Assembly (NCBI RefSeq): GCF_001194135.2
Contig: NC_068982.1
Location: 169,452,860 to 169,492,556, forward strand
DNA: 39,697 nt
Origin: Octopus bimaculoides
Taxonomy: Eukaryota
Direction of reading: 5' to 3'
The notes under the pieces are model-generated. The model made no database searches and had not been told where the DNA came from. It was given only the letters and a program-made list of their open reading frames with translations. Shown in pieces: positions 12,902 through 24,024 of the stretch (position 1 is the first letter of the stretch; every line of letters starts with the position of its first letter). Both the position numbers and the translations under genes were made by a program.

Positions 12902-13990
12902 CAGGGTGCAGTGAATGTATTGTCTAAATTATGCAAAAATGAAAATAACACTGACATCTCATTTTAACAGATATATTTACCAAAATTACATAAAAATATC
13001 TTGAAATACTAAAGAGTAAATTTATTCAATAAAATAGCCATTGGCTTCAACCACAGCCTCCAGATGACTTCGGAATCTCCTGCAACTTTTCTGGCTGGTT
13101 TCCTTGTTTGAGTTGGTGAATGCTGCCATAATCCTTGCCTTCAGTTTATCTTTGGTGTTACAACGAGTTTTGTCGGTCTCTTGTTCAACTGCGCCCCCAC
13201 ACAATAATCAATGGGGTTGCAGTTTGAGAAGTTAGCTGACCAGATGTTAACGATGATGTGGTCACAGAAATTGTCTGTCAGCCATGACTGGGTTTTCCTG
13301 CTTGTGTGGCATGGTGCAGAGTCCTGTTGTCAGACATAGGGTCTTCAGTAGCTACCCTCTTCACGCAGGACAGCACTACCTCCTCCAGGCATTTGATGTA
13401 GGCCTTCGTGTTGAGTCTGAGGCCATGTGGGAAGATGAATGGAAGCATAACATCACCATCACTAGTGATCACTCCAAACACCATGATGTTGACTGGATGT
13501 TTGATTTTTATCACTCTTGGTACATGTCCTCAGATTGCACTGTCTTCACTCTGAAGTGTTTATATTGGAGCTTCTGGCACGAATGCCAAGCAGTACAGCG
13601 TGTCATCTCCAAATTTTTGGCAGAGTGAATTGTGTCATGGTGCTGTTTTTCTCACAGACAGTGCCCAACTGACCCTACTATACTATGTTGTCGACAACAT
13701 CAAAAACAAACAATGTGCATGCGTGAAATTAAAAATATAAAATGGCGACAATTTACCCATCGCACTGTGTATATGTGTGTGTGTGTATGTATTTCTTTGT
13801 ATTTGTCACCCTTTGATGACAACCATTGTTGGTTTGTTTGTGTCTCTGTAACCTAGTTGTCCAGCGAAAGCGACTGATAGAACAAGCACCAGTCTTAAAA
13901 AACAAGTTTCCACAATCAATTTGTCAAACTGAACCCTTCGAAATGGTGTTTCAGCATGGCTGCAGTCCAATGACTGAAATAAGTAAGAAA
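12705..13990 (+). mobile_element. B-family SINE interrupted by a mariner-like element
   Basis: Head 12705-12860 and (TG)n, then tail 13772-13990 resumes after the insertion. Confidence 0.75.
12902..13769 (-). mobile_element. Tc1/mariner DD37D (maT-type) transposon, internally deleted and pseudogenised
   Basis: Imperfect about 25-bp TIRs (cagggtgcagtgaatgtattgtc / rc cacagtgcgatgggtaaattgtc) with TA on both sides. Minus-strand frames: MTQFTLPKIWR*HAVLLGIRA, KHPVNIMVFGVITSDG, QQDSAPCH...NCNPIDY. Exactly 37 codons separate Asp codons 13321-13323 and 13207-13209. Confidence 0.9.
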
Positions 13991-14307
13991 TCTAAGATGA
14001 AATAAGTAAGCAGCAAGTCAAAATTCAAAGAAGACAGGCTTGTGGAAAGGAATTTGGTTGCAGGTTGGGCGACTTTATGGCACACATTAAAATTCAGAGG
14101 AGTGGAAACTGGTGTCATAACAGCTGGAATCAAATTGGGTCTTTGATGTATTTCCTTTTTCTCTTTCAAATTTTCAGCCTCTCACATTTCTCCTAAACAA
14201 CATACTGGGTGGACTTGAATGGGTTAAATATTGAAAAAGCATGAAATTAGACAGTCCTAGAAAAGAAAAAAACAATTACATGAGCATTGGGAAGTAAAGA
14301 ATTAGTG

Positions 14308-14362
<55 letters not shown>

Positions 14363-14539
14363 GGCACACACACACATAAATGAAGTATTTTATCTCATTG
14401 TTTTAAAATATAAATGGTTTAATGTAGATGTGAAAATAGTTAAATATTTTATAAATTGTTTCTAATGTGGCAGGAAAGAGGAAATCATAAATTACATTAG
14501 GCTGGGCATTTTTGTATAGTGTTCAAATGACCTTTTGTA

Positions 14540-15135
14540 TTGTATCATTCATTATCATCATCATCATCATCATCATTACTATCACTGCCCTCAGCACCAT
14601 GACCACCACCACCACCATCATCACCATCATCATCAATGCCATTACCACTGCTGTCTTTTCCCACTCGTTCTCCTTCTTGTCATTATCGTTGTTGTTGTTG
14701 TTTTACGATGTTGTCTTTGTCATCATCTTTATCACCGTTGTCATCAGTACTGTCATTGTCATCATAATCATTATCATCATTGTTATCATTGTAATCATCA
14801 TAATCATCGTTATTGCCAGACTCATCGTTGTCATCGTCAGAATGATCATTATCATCGTTGTCATCATCATCACGACCACAATCGCTTTTCCCATTGGCTG
14901 TTGCCACCACTACCCCCCCCCCACTATCATTCTTCTTAATAATAACTCAACCAGGGCTACTAAGACCACCATCAGGAGCAGTACTTGTGCAATTACTATT
15001 GCCACAACAATCACCACCTCTGCACATTCCTTCCATAACCACTGTTATTGATACCAAAGCCATAATGACCATACTATTCCTGCTTCCTCTGAATTTACCT
15101 CCATCACTACCCATCACCACCATCATTGTTGCTAC
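14540..15135. repeat. Degenerate (CAT/CAC/ATT)n trinucleotide low-complexity tract
   Basis: Cryptic ATC/ACC/GTC repeats that generate poly-His/Ile/Asp pseudo-ORFs in several frames. Confidence 0.9.
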
Positions 15136-15166
15136 TATATTTCCACAACTATCATTGCCCCATACA

Positions 15167-15546
15167 GTGGAGGCGCAACGGCCCAGTGGTTAGGGCAGCG
15201 AACTCGCGGTCATAGGATCGCGGTTTCGATTCCCAGACTGGGCGTTGTGAGTGTTTATTGAGTGATAACACCTAGAGCTCCACAAGGCTCTGGCAGGGGA
15301 TGGTGGTGAACCCTGCTGTATTCTTTCACCACAACTTTCTCTCACTCTTACTTCCTGTTTCTGTTGTATCTATAATTCAAAGGGTCAGCCTTGTTACACT
15401 GTGTCACGATGAATATCCCCAAGAACTACGTTAAGGGTACACGTGTCTGTGGAGTGCTCGGCCACTTGCATGTTAATTTCACGAGCAGGCTGTTCCGTTG
15501 ATCGGATCAACTGGAACCCTCGACGTCGTAAGCGACGGAGTGCCAA
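15167..15546 (+). mobile_element. Young CpG-rich tRNA-derived SINE (alternative head + E-type tail)
   Basis: A box-like cggcccagtgg, B box ggtttcgattcc; 3' half matches 7240-7417 and 30645-30830; (CA)n follows. Confidence 0.85.
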
Positions 15547-16142
15547 CACACACACACACACACACACATTGCCCCATATAACCCCTCAGTCATTCCTTCA
15601 TTCATTTACTCTTCTCCCATGGCATTGACCCCTTTCTTGGGTATCACTCCATTGGTGTCCTAACTTAAATGAGGTCTCTTACCTCATCCTCTCTCTTTCT
15701 CTAGACATGTTTCATTGGTTTCTGGTTTCCCAATGTATGCATATGGTTGATACCAGTACCCTGTCTTGCTTCATGGTTGTGTATCCAGCAACCTCTTCCA
15801 GTGTGTCCTTCTCTTTTCAAGATGGTGGACAGTAATTTGAAGGAGATTTGGCTACAGTTTCTACCAGGTTTTGCAACTGTGCAGAAGTTCTCTTGTTGGC
15901 TCCCGTGTTTACTTGGAGAGTTGTGTCGTGGTGTCGTTGTTTTTGTTCTTCTGATGACTGTTGAGGCTATTGTTTAACCTCATGTCAGAACTATGATTAA
16001 AGGCGTTCTAAGGATGACCACCCTGTTGCTTTTAAGAACTAGACCACTACTGTGTCACTTCCGCAAAAAAAAAAAAAAAAAAAAAAAGAAAAAAAAGAAA
16101 AGCCGTTAGTAAACAGTTTATAGCATAGACTCCATCTAAGAA

Positions 16143-16177
16143 GATCTGAAGAAGGAATTGTATTCCGAAATATCATC
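16143..16177 (+). ncRNA. Candidate minimal type I hammerhead ribozyme (Penelope/retrozyme-like)
   Basis: GAT-CTGAAGA-A-GGAAT(TGT)ATTCC-GAAA-TATC^ATC: conserved core, 5-bp stem II, palindromic ATAT helix III, AUC cleavage triplet, GAT/ATC stem I. Confidence 0.6.
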
Positions 16178-16409
16178 GGACTATAGATAACTAAATTACA
16201 ACAAGTATATAGTCCATTTTTTGTATTATAGTGCATTGTTGTACCATTCAAAACTTTTTACTCTTTACAAACAATACACAACGTTTCAAGCGAACTACAA
16301 TACTCTCTAATGTCTTCTTCCTTCAAGATAACATTGTGTGTACGTGTGTGTGTGTTATTTGAGGGAGATTTAGTTACTGTTTTTAGCCTTTGTAGTCCTC
16401 CTACAGATG

Positions 16410-16645
16410 CAGTAGTTCTCAACCAAGGTCCGCATGATCCTTGGGGCTCCATATAAGATTTAGTTGTTAAAAATTCTGTGCAATAAATTGGTTTTATTTC
16501 TACAGTACACAAAATAATTTGACATTCTTTTTATACAATTCCTAATAATATTTAATGAAAATGCAATAAGAATTTTTTTTAAACACCAAATGGCTCTGGA
16601 GGTCCAGTAGAATTAAATAAGAACCAAAGGGGTCCAGAACTATTG
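16410..16645. mobile_element. Degenerate hAT-type MITE
   Basis: Starts cagtagttctcaacc (Charlie/MER5-like terminus), subterminal ggggtcca motifs, ends gaactattg; no clear 8-bp TSD. Confidence 0.45.
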
Positions 16646-17244
16646 AGTATAGCAGGGGTCAATATCATCGTTTCCATTCTTGTTGATCCTGTTGCCAGAT
16701 TTTATCATTGCTGTTATTCTTGTTGCTACTGTTGCTGCCTTTATTCTATTTGTTGTTACGGTTTTTTTTCTTCCATTTCTATTGCAGTGTAATTGCATTC
16801 TAATATTTGATACTCTAAACCAACATCTGGTTTTCATTGCAAGATGTGATTTTTTTCTCTGTATATGAGTGTTTATTTACACAAAATACTTTTGGGAACA
16901 TGTAGGGCAAGTTAACTGCAGTGGTGCTTTATAGTATTAGTTTGGTTGGATTTGACGGTAACAGTGTAGGATATTGTCAAATTGTACTTGTAGAGTGTTT
17001 GACACAATATATATGTTGGGTAGCAAAATTTGCTGTTTTATTTGCAATGTGTGGAAACGTGAGATATTTCGTGTTTGTTTTTTAAGCCTCGCTGTTAAGG
17101 ATATTGAGTATGGTGGGTCTGTGTTTGTGTGGATTTTAATGCCTTTTTTTTTAAAACCTCAGTCAGACTAGATGGACTATATATATGTTCAGTCACCAAT
17201 TAAGTGGGCAAGTATTGGCAACATTTAAAAAACTTGTTCCTTGG

Positions 17245-17525
17245 CAATCATCATCACAATCATCACCATTACCATCATATCATTATCCTCATCATCATCA
17301 TTAATCACCCATCATAATCTTCATTGCTGTCATCGTCATCGTCATTGTTAGTATTGGCATCATCATCAGTATCATCATCATCATTGTTATTGTTATCATG
17401 AGAATCACTGCCATTATTGCCATCAGTATCATCATCATCATCAATACCATCAATGTCCTCATCATCAGTGTTATCAAGATCATCATCATCATCATCAGTA
17501 TCTCCATTGTTATCATTGTCTACAT
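17245..17525. repeat. Degenerate (CAT)n tract
   Basis: Imperfect ATC repeats; source of the poly-Asp and poly-Met ORFs. Confidence 0.9.
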
Positions 17526-17672
17526 GCTGATAGAAAAATGGGGATGACTTCAGTGAGATTTGGAATGTAGAGGAATGCAACTAGATACTGTAAACATAAA
17601 ATGATGTTAATGGTGACACATTTAATAAGTATACACTCACCACTATAATAATAATAATTATAATAATAATAA

Positions 17673-18059
17673 TCATCATCATCATTGTTTAACGACTGCT
17701 TTCCATGCTAGCATGGGTTGGACGGTTTGACTGAGGACTGGCAAGCCAGGAGGCTGCACCAGGCTCCAATCTGATCTGGCAAGGTTTCTACAGCTGGATG
17801 CCCTTCCTAATGCCAACCACTCCGAGAGTGTAGTGGGTGCTTTTTACATGGGGTAACTGGCATCGACTACGTTTTGATGGTGTTTTTTACATGCCACCGG
17901 CACGGGAGCCAGTTAGGGGGAATTGGCATTGACCACGTTCGATGGTGTTTTTTACATGCCACCGGCACGGGAGCCAGTTAGGGGGAGTTGGCATTGACCA
18001 CGTTCGGATGGTGTTTTTTACATGCCACCGGCACGGGAGCTACTCAGGGGGAACTGGCA
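17673..18059 (-). mobile_element. A-family element with an internal 65-bp tandem repeat (about 3.2 units, 17851-18059)
   Basis: Units start at 17851, 17916, 17981 and 18047, each with tttttacatgccaccggcacgggagc in the three full units. Confidence 0.85.
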
Positions 18060-18621
18060 ATAATAATAATAATAATACTTTTATTTATCACAAATGTGAT
18101 GAATGAGATGTTACAAAATGTGTAGGAGTTTTACATTGAAATTGAATGTTTACACTTTCATTTTTGAAGGGGAGGATACAAAATTCATAATGCCCCTGCA
18201 ACAGAACAAATAATCCAGAGCCTGCATTGTATTGACTATTAAGAGTAAGAACTCTCTTCCAGCTGTCATTTTTTAATCCTCCAGATGTATAGTGAGAATA
18301 GGTTCATTCACTTGAACCATTTTTGCTAGCGCCACCCAATTTTCAGTATGTTTGCAAGGGGGTAAAACCTCTCTCTTTACCCTTATTGGGACTCTGCATC
18401 ATAATAATCCTTTGTACTGTAGGTTCAAGGCCTGAAATTTTTGAAGGTGGGGGCTGGTTGATTACTTTGATCTTAATGTACAGCTAGTTCTTGTTTTATT
18501 GACCCTGAGAGAATGAAAGACAAAGTCAACCATAGCAGAATTTGAACACAGAACCTAAAGACAGATGAAATGTCGCTAAGCAATTTGTCCAGTGTGCTTA
18601 TGGCTCTGCAAGCTCACAGGC

Positions 18622-18662
<41 letters not shown>

Positions 18663-18663
<1 letters not shown>

Positions 18664-19175
18664 TGCCCTGATGCAGTACCAGACAGTGGCTCTCATGGCT
18701 TCTCATCTTAACTGATTGGAAGTGTTATCATGTACTTTGTTTTGTCTTAGTATAAAAGATGGGCTATAGCAAATATTCTGCTCAGTACCACAAATTTGCT
18801 TGTCAGTTGTTTGACCCTAACCAGTTCAGCGGCTGGCAATATGTGCATCTTTGATCATGAGCAGAAGTAGTTGGGGAACATCATAGCTATGTGTTGAGAG
18901 GAATTCTTTGAAGTTTGGATAATTCACCTCTGAAATCATGGGTGTTTTGTCCAGCATCCTTAAACAACCCTTATTCTAGGACCTTTTCAGAAGGATGGGC
19001 TAATCGACTAGAAGAAAATTCTAACTGGGCCTCACCTGCAAGGTCATGCACTGTTTATCTTGATATGAGATCACTATGTCGTGCACATATGGTTGTAATG
19101 CATGTACCGGGATTCGAACTCACAACCTTGCAATCGTAAGCTTGACGCTCTAACCACTGAGCCATGCGCCTTCAC
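18663..19175 (-). mobile_element. Chimeric SINE: E/F-type tRNA head fused to D-family body
   Basis: rc 19175-19107 gtgaaggcgcatggctcagtggttagagcg...gagttcgaatcccgg joins directly to D-body tacatgcattacaacc; (AAT)n on both flanks. Confidence 0.75.
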
Positions 19176-20102
19176 TAATAATAATAATAATCATAATAGT
19201 GCTCTCTTATTTTGCCACAAAATATTTCAAGGAGTATAGTAATATTAATGAATAACAATACTTGACTGTTACCTCCTTTATTGATGCCAGAAAGTTGAAG
19301 GCAAAGTTGCTCTCAGCAGGATTTGAACTCTGACTGTGAAGAGACATTAATAAATAAATGTCATTGACCCCACTTTATTATTTGTTCTTATGTGCTGACT
19401 TAGTCTGTGCACTTTTAAAACCTTGTTGTTTTATTTTTAATTTTAATCTCTTCTCTTTCCTGTGCTTACTTGCCCCTTTACCCTCATTCTCACCCCATAC
19501 CTCCCTTATGTCTTTCTTGTCTCTGGTAAAACAATTTAAGAAAAATAAAATAACACAAACAGTAAAAAAAAAAAGAACATATACGGCGGCAGTAATTTCA
19601 TCTTCATCATAATCAGCAACATTTTTTGACACAAAAATAAAACAGTAATAATATCTAGTAATGTAACAACGATAGTAACAGCAATTTCATAATTGTTACC
19701 ACCACCACCACCAAAACCACCACCACCTCCACCAGGAGCAATAATAAGTGCAATTCTATCTTTTACATAGATAATTTGTGACCTCATCTCACCTTGTCTG
19801 AAATTGGACATGTCTGTTTTAGTTCTTAGCATCACTTCCAAATAAGATTCCCAGACATATGAGCAGTTTTAATGTGATGGCATAGAAAAAAATAAACAAA
19901 CAAAACTTCCTCTCATTCTCTTTTTTTGCACACACACACACACAGTGTTCTGTCAAGTCTTTTTTTGCTTCTATCCCTCCCCCTACTCTTCAGTAAATAC
20001 ATCTGGATTGAGGAAGCAATTGTTTATTATTTGGCGTGAGTTCTTTGGTTAGTTTAAATAACTGTCATGTTTATATATATATATGTGTGTGTGTGTGTGT
20101 AT

Positions 20103-20260
20103 AAGGGGTTGGCATTAAGAAGGGTATCCAGCTGTAAAAAGCATGTCAAACAGTTGAGCCTGGTGCAGTCCTCTGGTTTGCAAGCTCCTGTCAAGCCATC
20201 CAACATGGAAAATGGACATTAAATGATGAGGAGGATATATATATATATATATATATATAT

Positions 20261-20302
<42 letters not shown>

Positions 20303-20470
20303 TTAACGTCTATTGTCTATACTGGCATGGGTTGGACAGTTTGATGAGGGCTAGCGAGCTGGAAGGCTGCAGCAGACTCCAGTCTAATTTGGTATGGTTT
20401 CTATGGCTGGATGCCCTTCTTAATGCCAACCATTCTGAGAGTGTAATGGGTGCTTTTATCTGGCACGGGT
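20103..20470. mobile_element. Tail-to-tail inverted pair of A-family ends around (TA)n/(CAT)n
   Basis: + copy 20103-20232 and - copy 20262-20470. Confidence 0.75.
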
Positions 20471-20644
20471 GCCATTTGCATGACACCAGTATCTGTTGTG
20501 ACTGTAATTTTACTTGGCTTGATGGGTCTTCTTCTCAAGGATGACATAATGCCAAAGGTCTTGGTCATTGTCTCTGTCAGGCCCAACACTTGAAAGGAGC
20601 TTTTCACATGCCACCCGCATCAGCCACTTTGCTTTTTACGTGCC

Positions 20645-21159
20645 ATGACTATGATTTAATTTGGATTGATGGGTCTTCTCAAGCACATCATATCTACAAA
20701 AGTCTCAGTCACTAGTCATTGCCTCTGTGAGGCCCAAAGTTCGAAGACCATGCTTTACCACCTTGTCCCATGTCTTCCTAGGCCTACCTCTACCACAGGT
20801 TCCCTCGACAGTTAGAGATTGGCACTTCTTTACGCAACTGTCCTCGTCCATACACATCACATGACCATATCAGTGCAGTTGTCTCTCTTGCACACCACAT
20901 CTGATGCCCAACTTTTCTCTCAAGATGCTTACACTTTGTTGAATATGCACATCCAGCGAAGCATACTGGCTTCATTTCTTTCAAGCCTACGTATGTCCTC
21001 GGCTGTCACACCCCATGTTTCACTGCCTTGTAGCATAGCTGTTCACACACAAGCATCGTACGATCTGCCTTTCACTCTGAGGAAGAGGCCCTTTGTTGCC
21101 AGCAGAGGTAGGAGCTCTGTAAACTTTGCCCAGCCTAATCTTATTCTCACAGCTATGTT
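20645..21159 (-). pseudogene. RTE-clade LINE ORF C-terminal fragment
   Basis: IAVRIRLGWAKFTELLPLLATKGLFLRVKGRSYDACV*TAMLQGSETWGVTAEDIRRLERNEASMLRWMC...GRGRPRKTW, with frameshifts. Confidence 0.85.
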
Positions 21160-21410
21160 GATGTGTTGTGTTCTTTATTTCACATTGCTCCAGTTCATTC
21201 ATCTGTAGAAATGAGTTGTGACATCACTGTTGCCAAGCTGTGTTGGCCTTTGCCTTTCTCTTGGATAACATTGGTGGTGTGGAGAAGGGAGGCTGGTATG
21301 CATGGGTGTCTGCTGGTCTTCTATAAACAACCTTCTATAAACAATCAGACTCATGCCTTGGATGGTAACTTCCTAGGTGCAATCCCATGGTCATTCATGA
21401 CTGAAGGGTT
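21160..21410 (+). mobile_element. 5'-truncated F-family SINE abutting the RTE fragment
   Basis: Homologous to rc of 8255-8530. Confidence 0.8.
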
Positions 21411-21779
21411 TTTTTTTTAGAGCTCATATATAGAGCTGCACATCTGTGGATTGTAGTTATTTGTTTGAATTGCCATAGATTTTTATTGATCATCTATGAG
21501 ACTGCACATCTATATAGATAACATGTATATGTATTCACTGAAGGGGTGTGGTCCAATGGTTAGGGTGTTGGGTTCATGAGCATAAGCTTGTGGGTTCAGT
21601 TCATTGATGAGATAGCACATTGTGTCCTTGAGCTTGGCACTTCATTTCATGTTGCTCCTGTCCGCTCAGCTGAAAATAAATATCAGCTTGGTGGTGGTGC
21701 AACCATTTCTCCTTCCTGCTGACACTTCTTCAATGTTCCGTTAAGAGATGGGTGGGAAGTGGAGCAAGAGGTTGTTTTG

Positions 21780-21971
21780 GCCTTCGTGCTGGTGGCACGT
21801 AAAAGCACCCACTACACTCTCAGAGTGGTTGGCGTTAGGAAGGGCATCCAGCTGTAGAAAATCTGCCAAATCAGATTGGAGCCTGGTGTAACCATCTGGT
21901 TCACCAGTACTCAGTCAAATCGTCCAACCCATGCTAGCATGGAAAGCGGACGTTAAACGATGCTGATGCTG

Positions 21972-22012
<41 letters not shown>

Positions 22013-22015
22013 AAT
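21780..22015 (+). mobile_element. A-family retroposon 3' end with (GAT/GCT)n tail
   Basis: Close match to rc 17685-17845 and rc 37170-37330. Confidence 0.85.
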
Positions 22016-22300
22016 TACAAAATTACATGAAACAGTTAGCAAAAACATACATTCAGTTCATACTCTCTTGCAAGAAACTTCTGCGGACAAACACATGATA
22101 TCAGAAAGAGAACCATCAGAAAGGGATCTAGTGTCATGAAACCTAAGTTTAGGAAAAACCCTTTAGAGTTAATCATACGAGGCAGACAAGAAATAAAAAT
22201 GTCTTCTCGTTTTGGAAGTGGACCAGTGTATCTTGGATGATCTGGTACTCATTCCTCCATGGCTAGCAGAAATGAATTTATGCAGAATTAGTTGTGTTGC

Positions 22301-22479
22301 TTAACCCTTTAGCATTCAGATTACTATATCAAAAGTAATACTTATTTATTCACATTGTCTTCAATTAACCATGCATTATCATGTAGCTTTGAGGTTTTGA
22401 TGATGCAATTGTTTGTTTTTAGAATGATATTTTAGGGTGTTTAAGAAGCCTGATTCAGTTTTTGGGCCTAAAGGGTTAA
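22301..22479. mobile_element. piggyBac-type MITE, second family
   Basis: TTAA-CCCTTTAG...CTAAAGGG-TTAA: perfect 8-bp TIR and TTAA on both sides. Confidence 0.75.
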
Positions 22480-24024
22480 TAGTGAAATGTATTTGAAATC
22501 AAGAACTTTAAAAGGATAATTCAGCACTATTACAGATGGCTATGTGGCAAGAAGTTTGCTGCACTATCATGTGGTTTTCTGTTTGATCTCAATGTATGGC
22601 ATGTTGAGTGAATGCCATTCTCAGGGTACCCCACTATGCCACATTTCCAGGTCAACCTGAATCTTGAGAGAAAAATTCAGCAAATGGAAGAGCCTGATGG
22701 TGGAATTAACCCCCCCCCCACTGGTCCTTGAGTTCTGTTAGCAGAATTCACTCTGTTATATACATTCAGATCAGCTCTCTGATCAGAAGATAACTTCTCT
22801 TTCCTCCTAGTAGTCTCATAGACCCTGAAAAGGTCATAGATGTTGTCCTTTCTCTTCTGGCTCAGCTATACAAAAGTGTTTTCACACATTCATACACATA
22901 ATTTATTATATGTATATTTCTTACATATTCACTCGCATGAAAATAGCAGAAATGGGATGTTGAAATATTCATATCTTTTCAAAGAGCATTAACAGTACAT
23001 GTGAAAGGAAGTAATTCTAAATGGGAATCGGATCCATGCTAAAGAAGCCATTACTGGTGTCTATAAAGCTGCCTGCCCTCATTTACAGCACCTACCACCT
23101 TCATTCTGTTTGATAGTGAGGTTTAGTAATGCATTATTAGGTTTACTACTTGAAAGATGTTTAGTCAATGTTCACTGGACAATTTGTACTTATCACTCAT
23201 GTTTACATGAGTGTTGAGACAAATTTAAACCATTTCCAGTCTGACTCAGTTTCTGAGCCAAGACAACCTCATAGTCTCCCTTTTGAGGTCAATTAAATAA
23301 GTACCAGTTGAGAACTAGAGTCAATGTAATCATCTAGTCCGTTCCTCCAAAATTTCAGCTCTTGAGCCTATAACAAAGGAATATTTCTACATGTAAGACA
23401 TCAAACTGGCAGCATCATTAGAGTCTTGGAAAAATTACTTCTTAGTATTTGTTTTGACTCTTTATGTTGTGAGTTCAAATTCTATTGAGGGCAAATCCTA
23501 CTGTTCTGAGTTCAAATCCTACTGAAAAAGAACACATTGGATAATGTAGTTTGATGTAGACTTATTCATATTTAGAAAGCAGGATGGTTAAGGCTTGAAT
23601 ATTTTTTATGTTTACTCAGTCAGGGCTGTACAACAACCCGGGGTCTCCGTCTGACCATCAGCAGTATTAGTATTTTAAAACTTCAATAAATCTTGATCTT
23701 GAAATAGAAAATTACAATTCAAAAACTGAAATAATGAATACGCTTATTTTTCTGTCTCTCAATGTGGTGGCATTCCCCACTCTTATTATTCAATAACAAT
23801 AATTTAGGTAAATAAGAGAGCATGATGAAACCATCACTTAAAAAGGAGCAGTTGTCTCCCTTGAAGGTTGATGGGTTGGTTTTGTTTGAGTTATTTCTTG
23901 GCAATGTATAGTTTCATTACAACTGTTTTATTTATTTCCCTAAACCTAGACTATTCAAAGTGGTTCTGCATTTATCAAGGTCCACCCAAAGTACACACTA
24001 AAAAAAGAGAAATCTCTGTCTTCT

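Noticed and set aside
14512-15193. His-, Ile- and Asp-rich ORFs in several frames
   Set aside because: Products of a degenerate trinucleotide tract; open in many frames, with no domain and no splice context.
15167-15240. tRNA gene (also 7103, 19107-19175, 30513)
   Set aside because: A/B boxes are present but no complete cloverleaf was seen, and each continues into a SINE body.
17301-17580. Poly-Asp and poly-Met ORFs
   Set aside because: (CAT)n low-complexity sequence.
17851-18059. Direct repeats resembling a CRISPR array (also 33009-33262, 25211-25349)
   Set aside because: Units are contiguous with no unique spacers, there are no cas genes, and the context is eukaryotic retroposon sequence.
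19536-19841. Gly-rich ORF (GGGGGFGGGGG)
   Set aside because: (CCA)n microsatellite within AT-rich low-complexity sequence.
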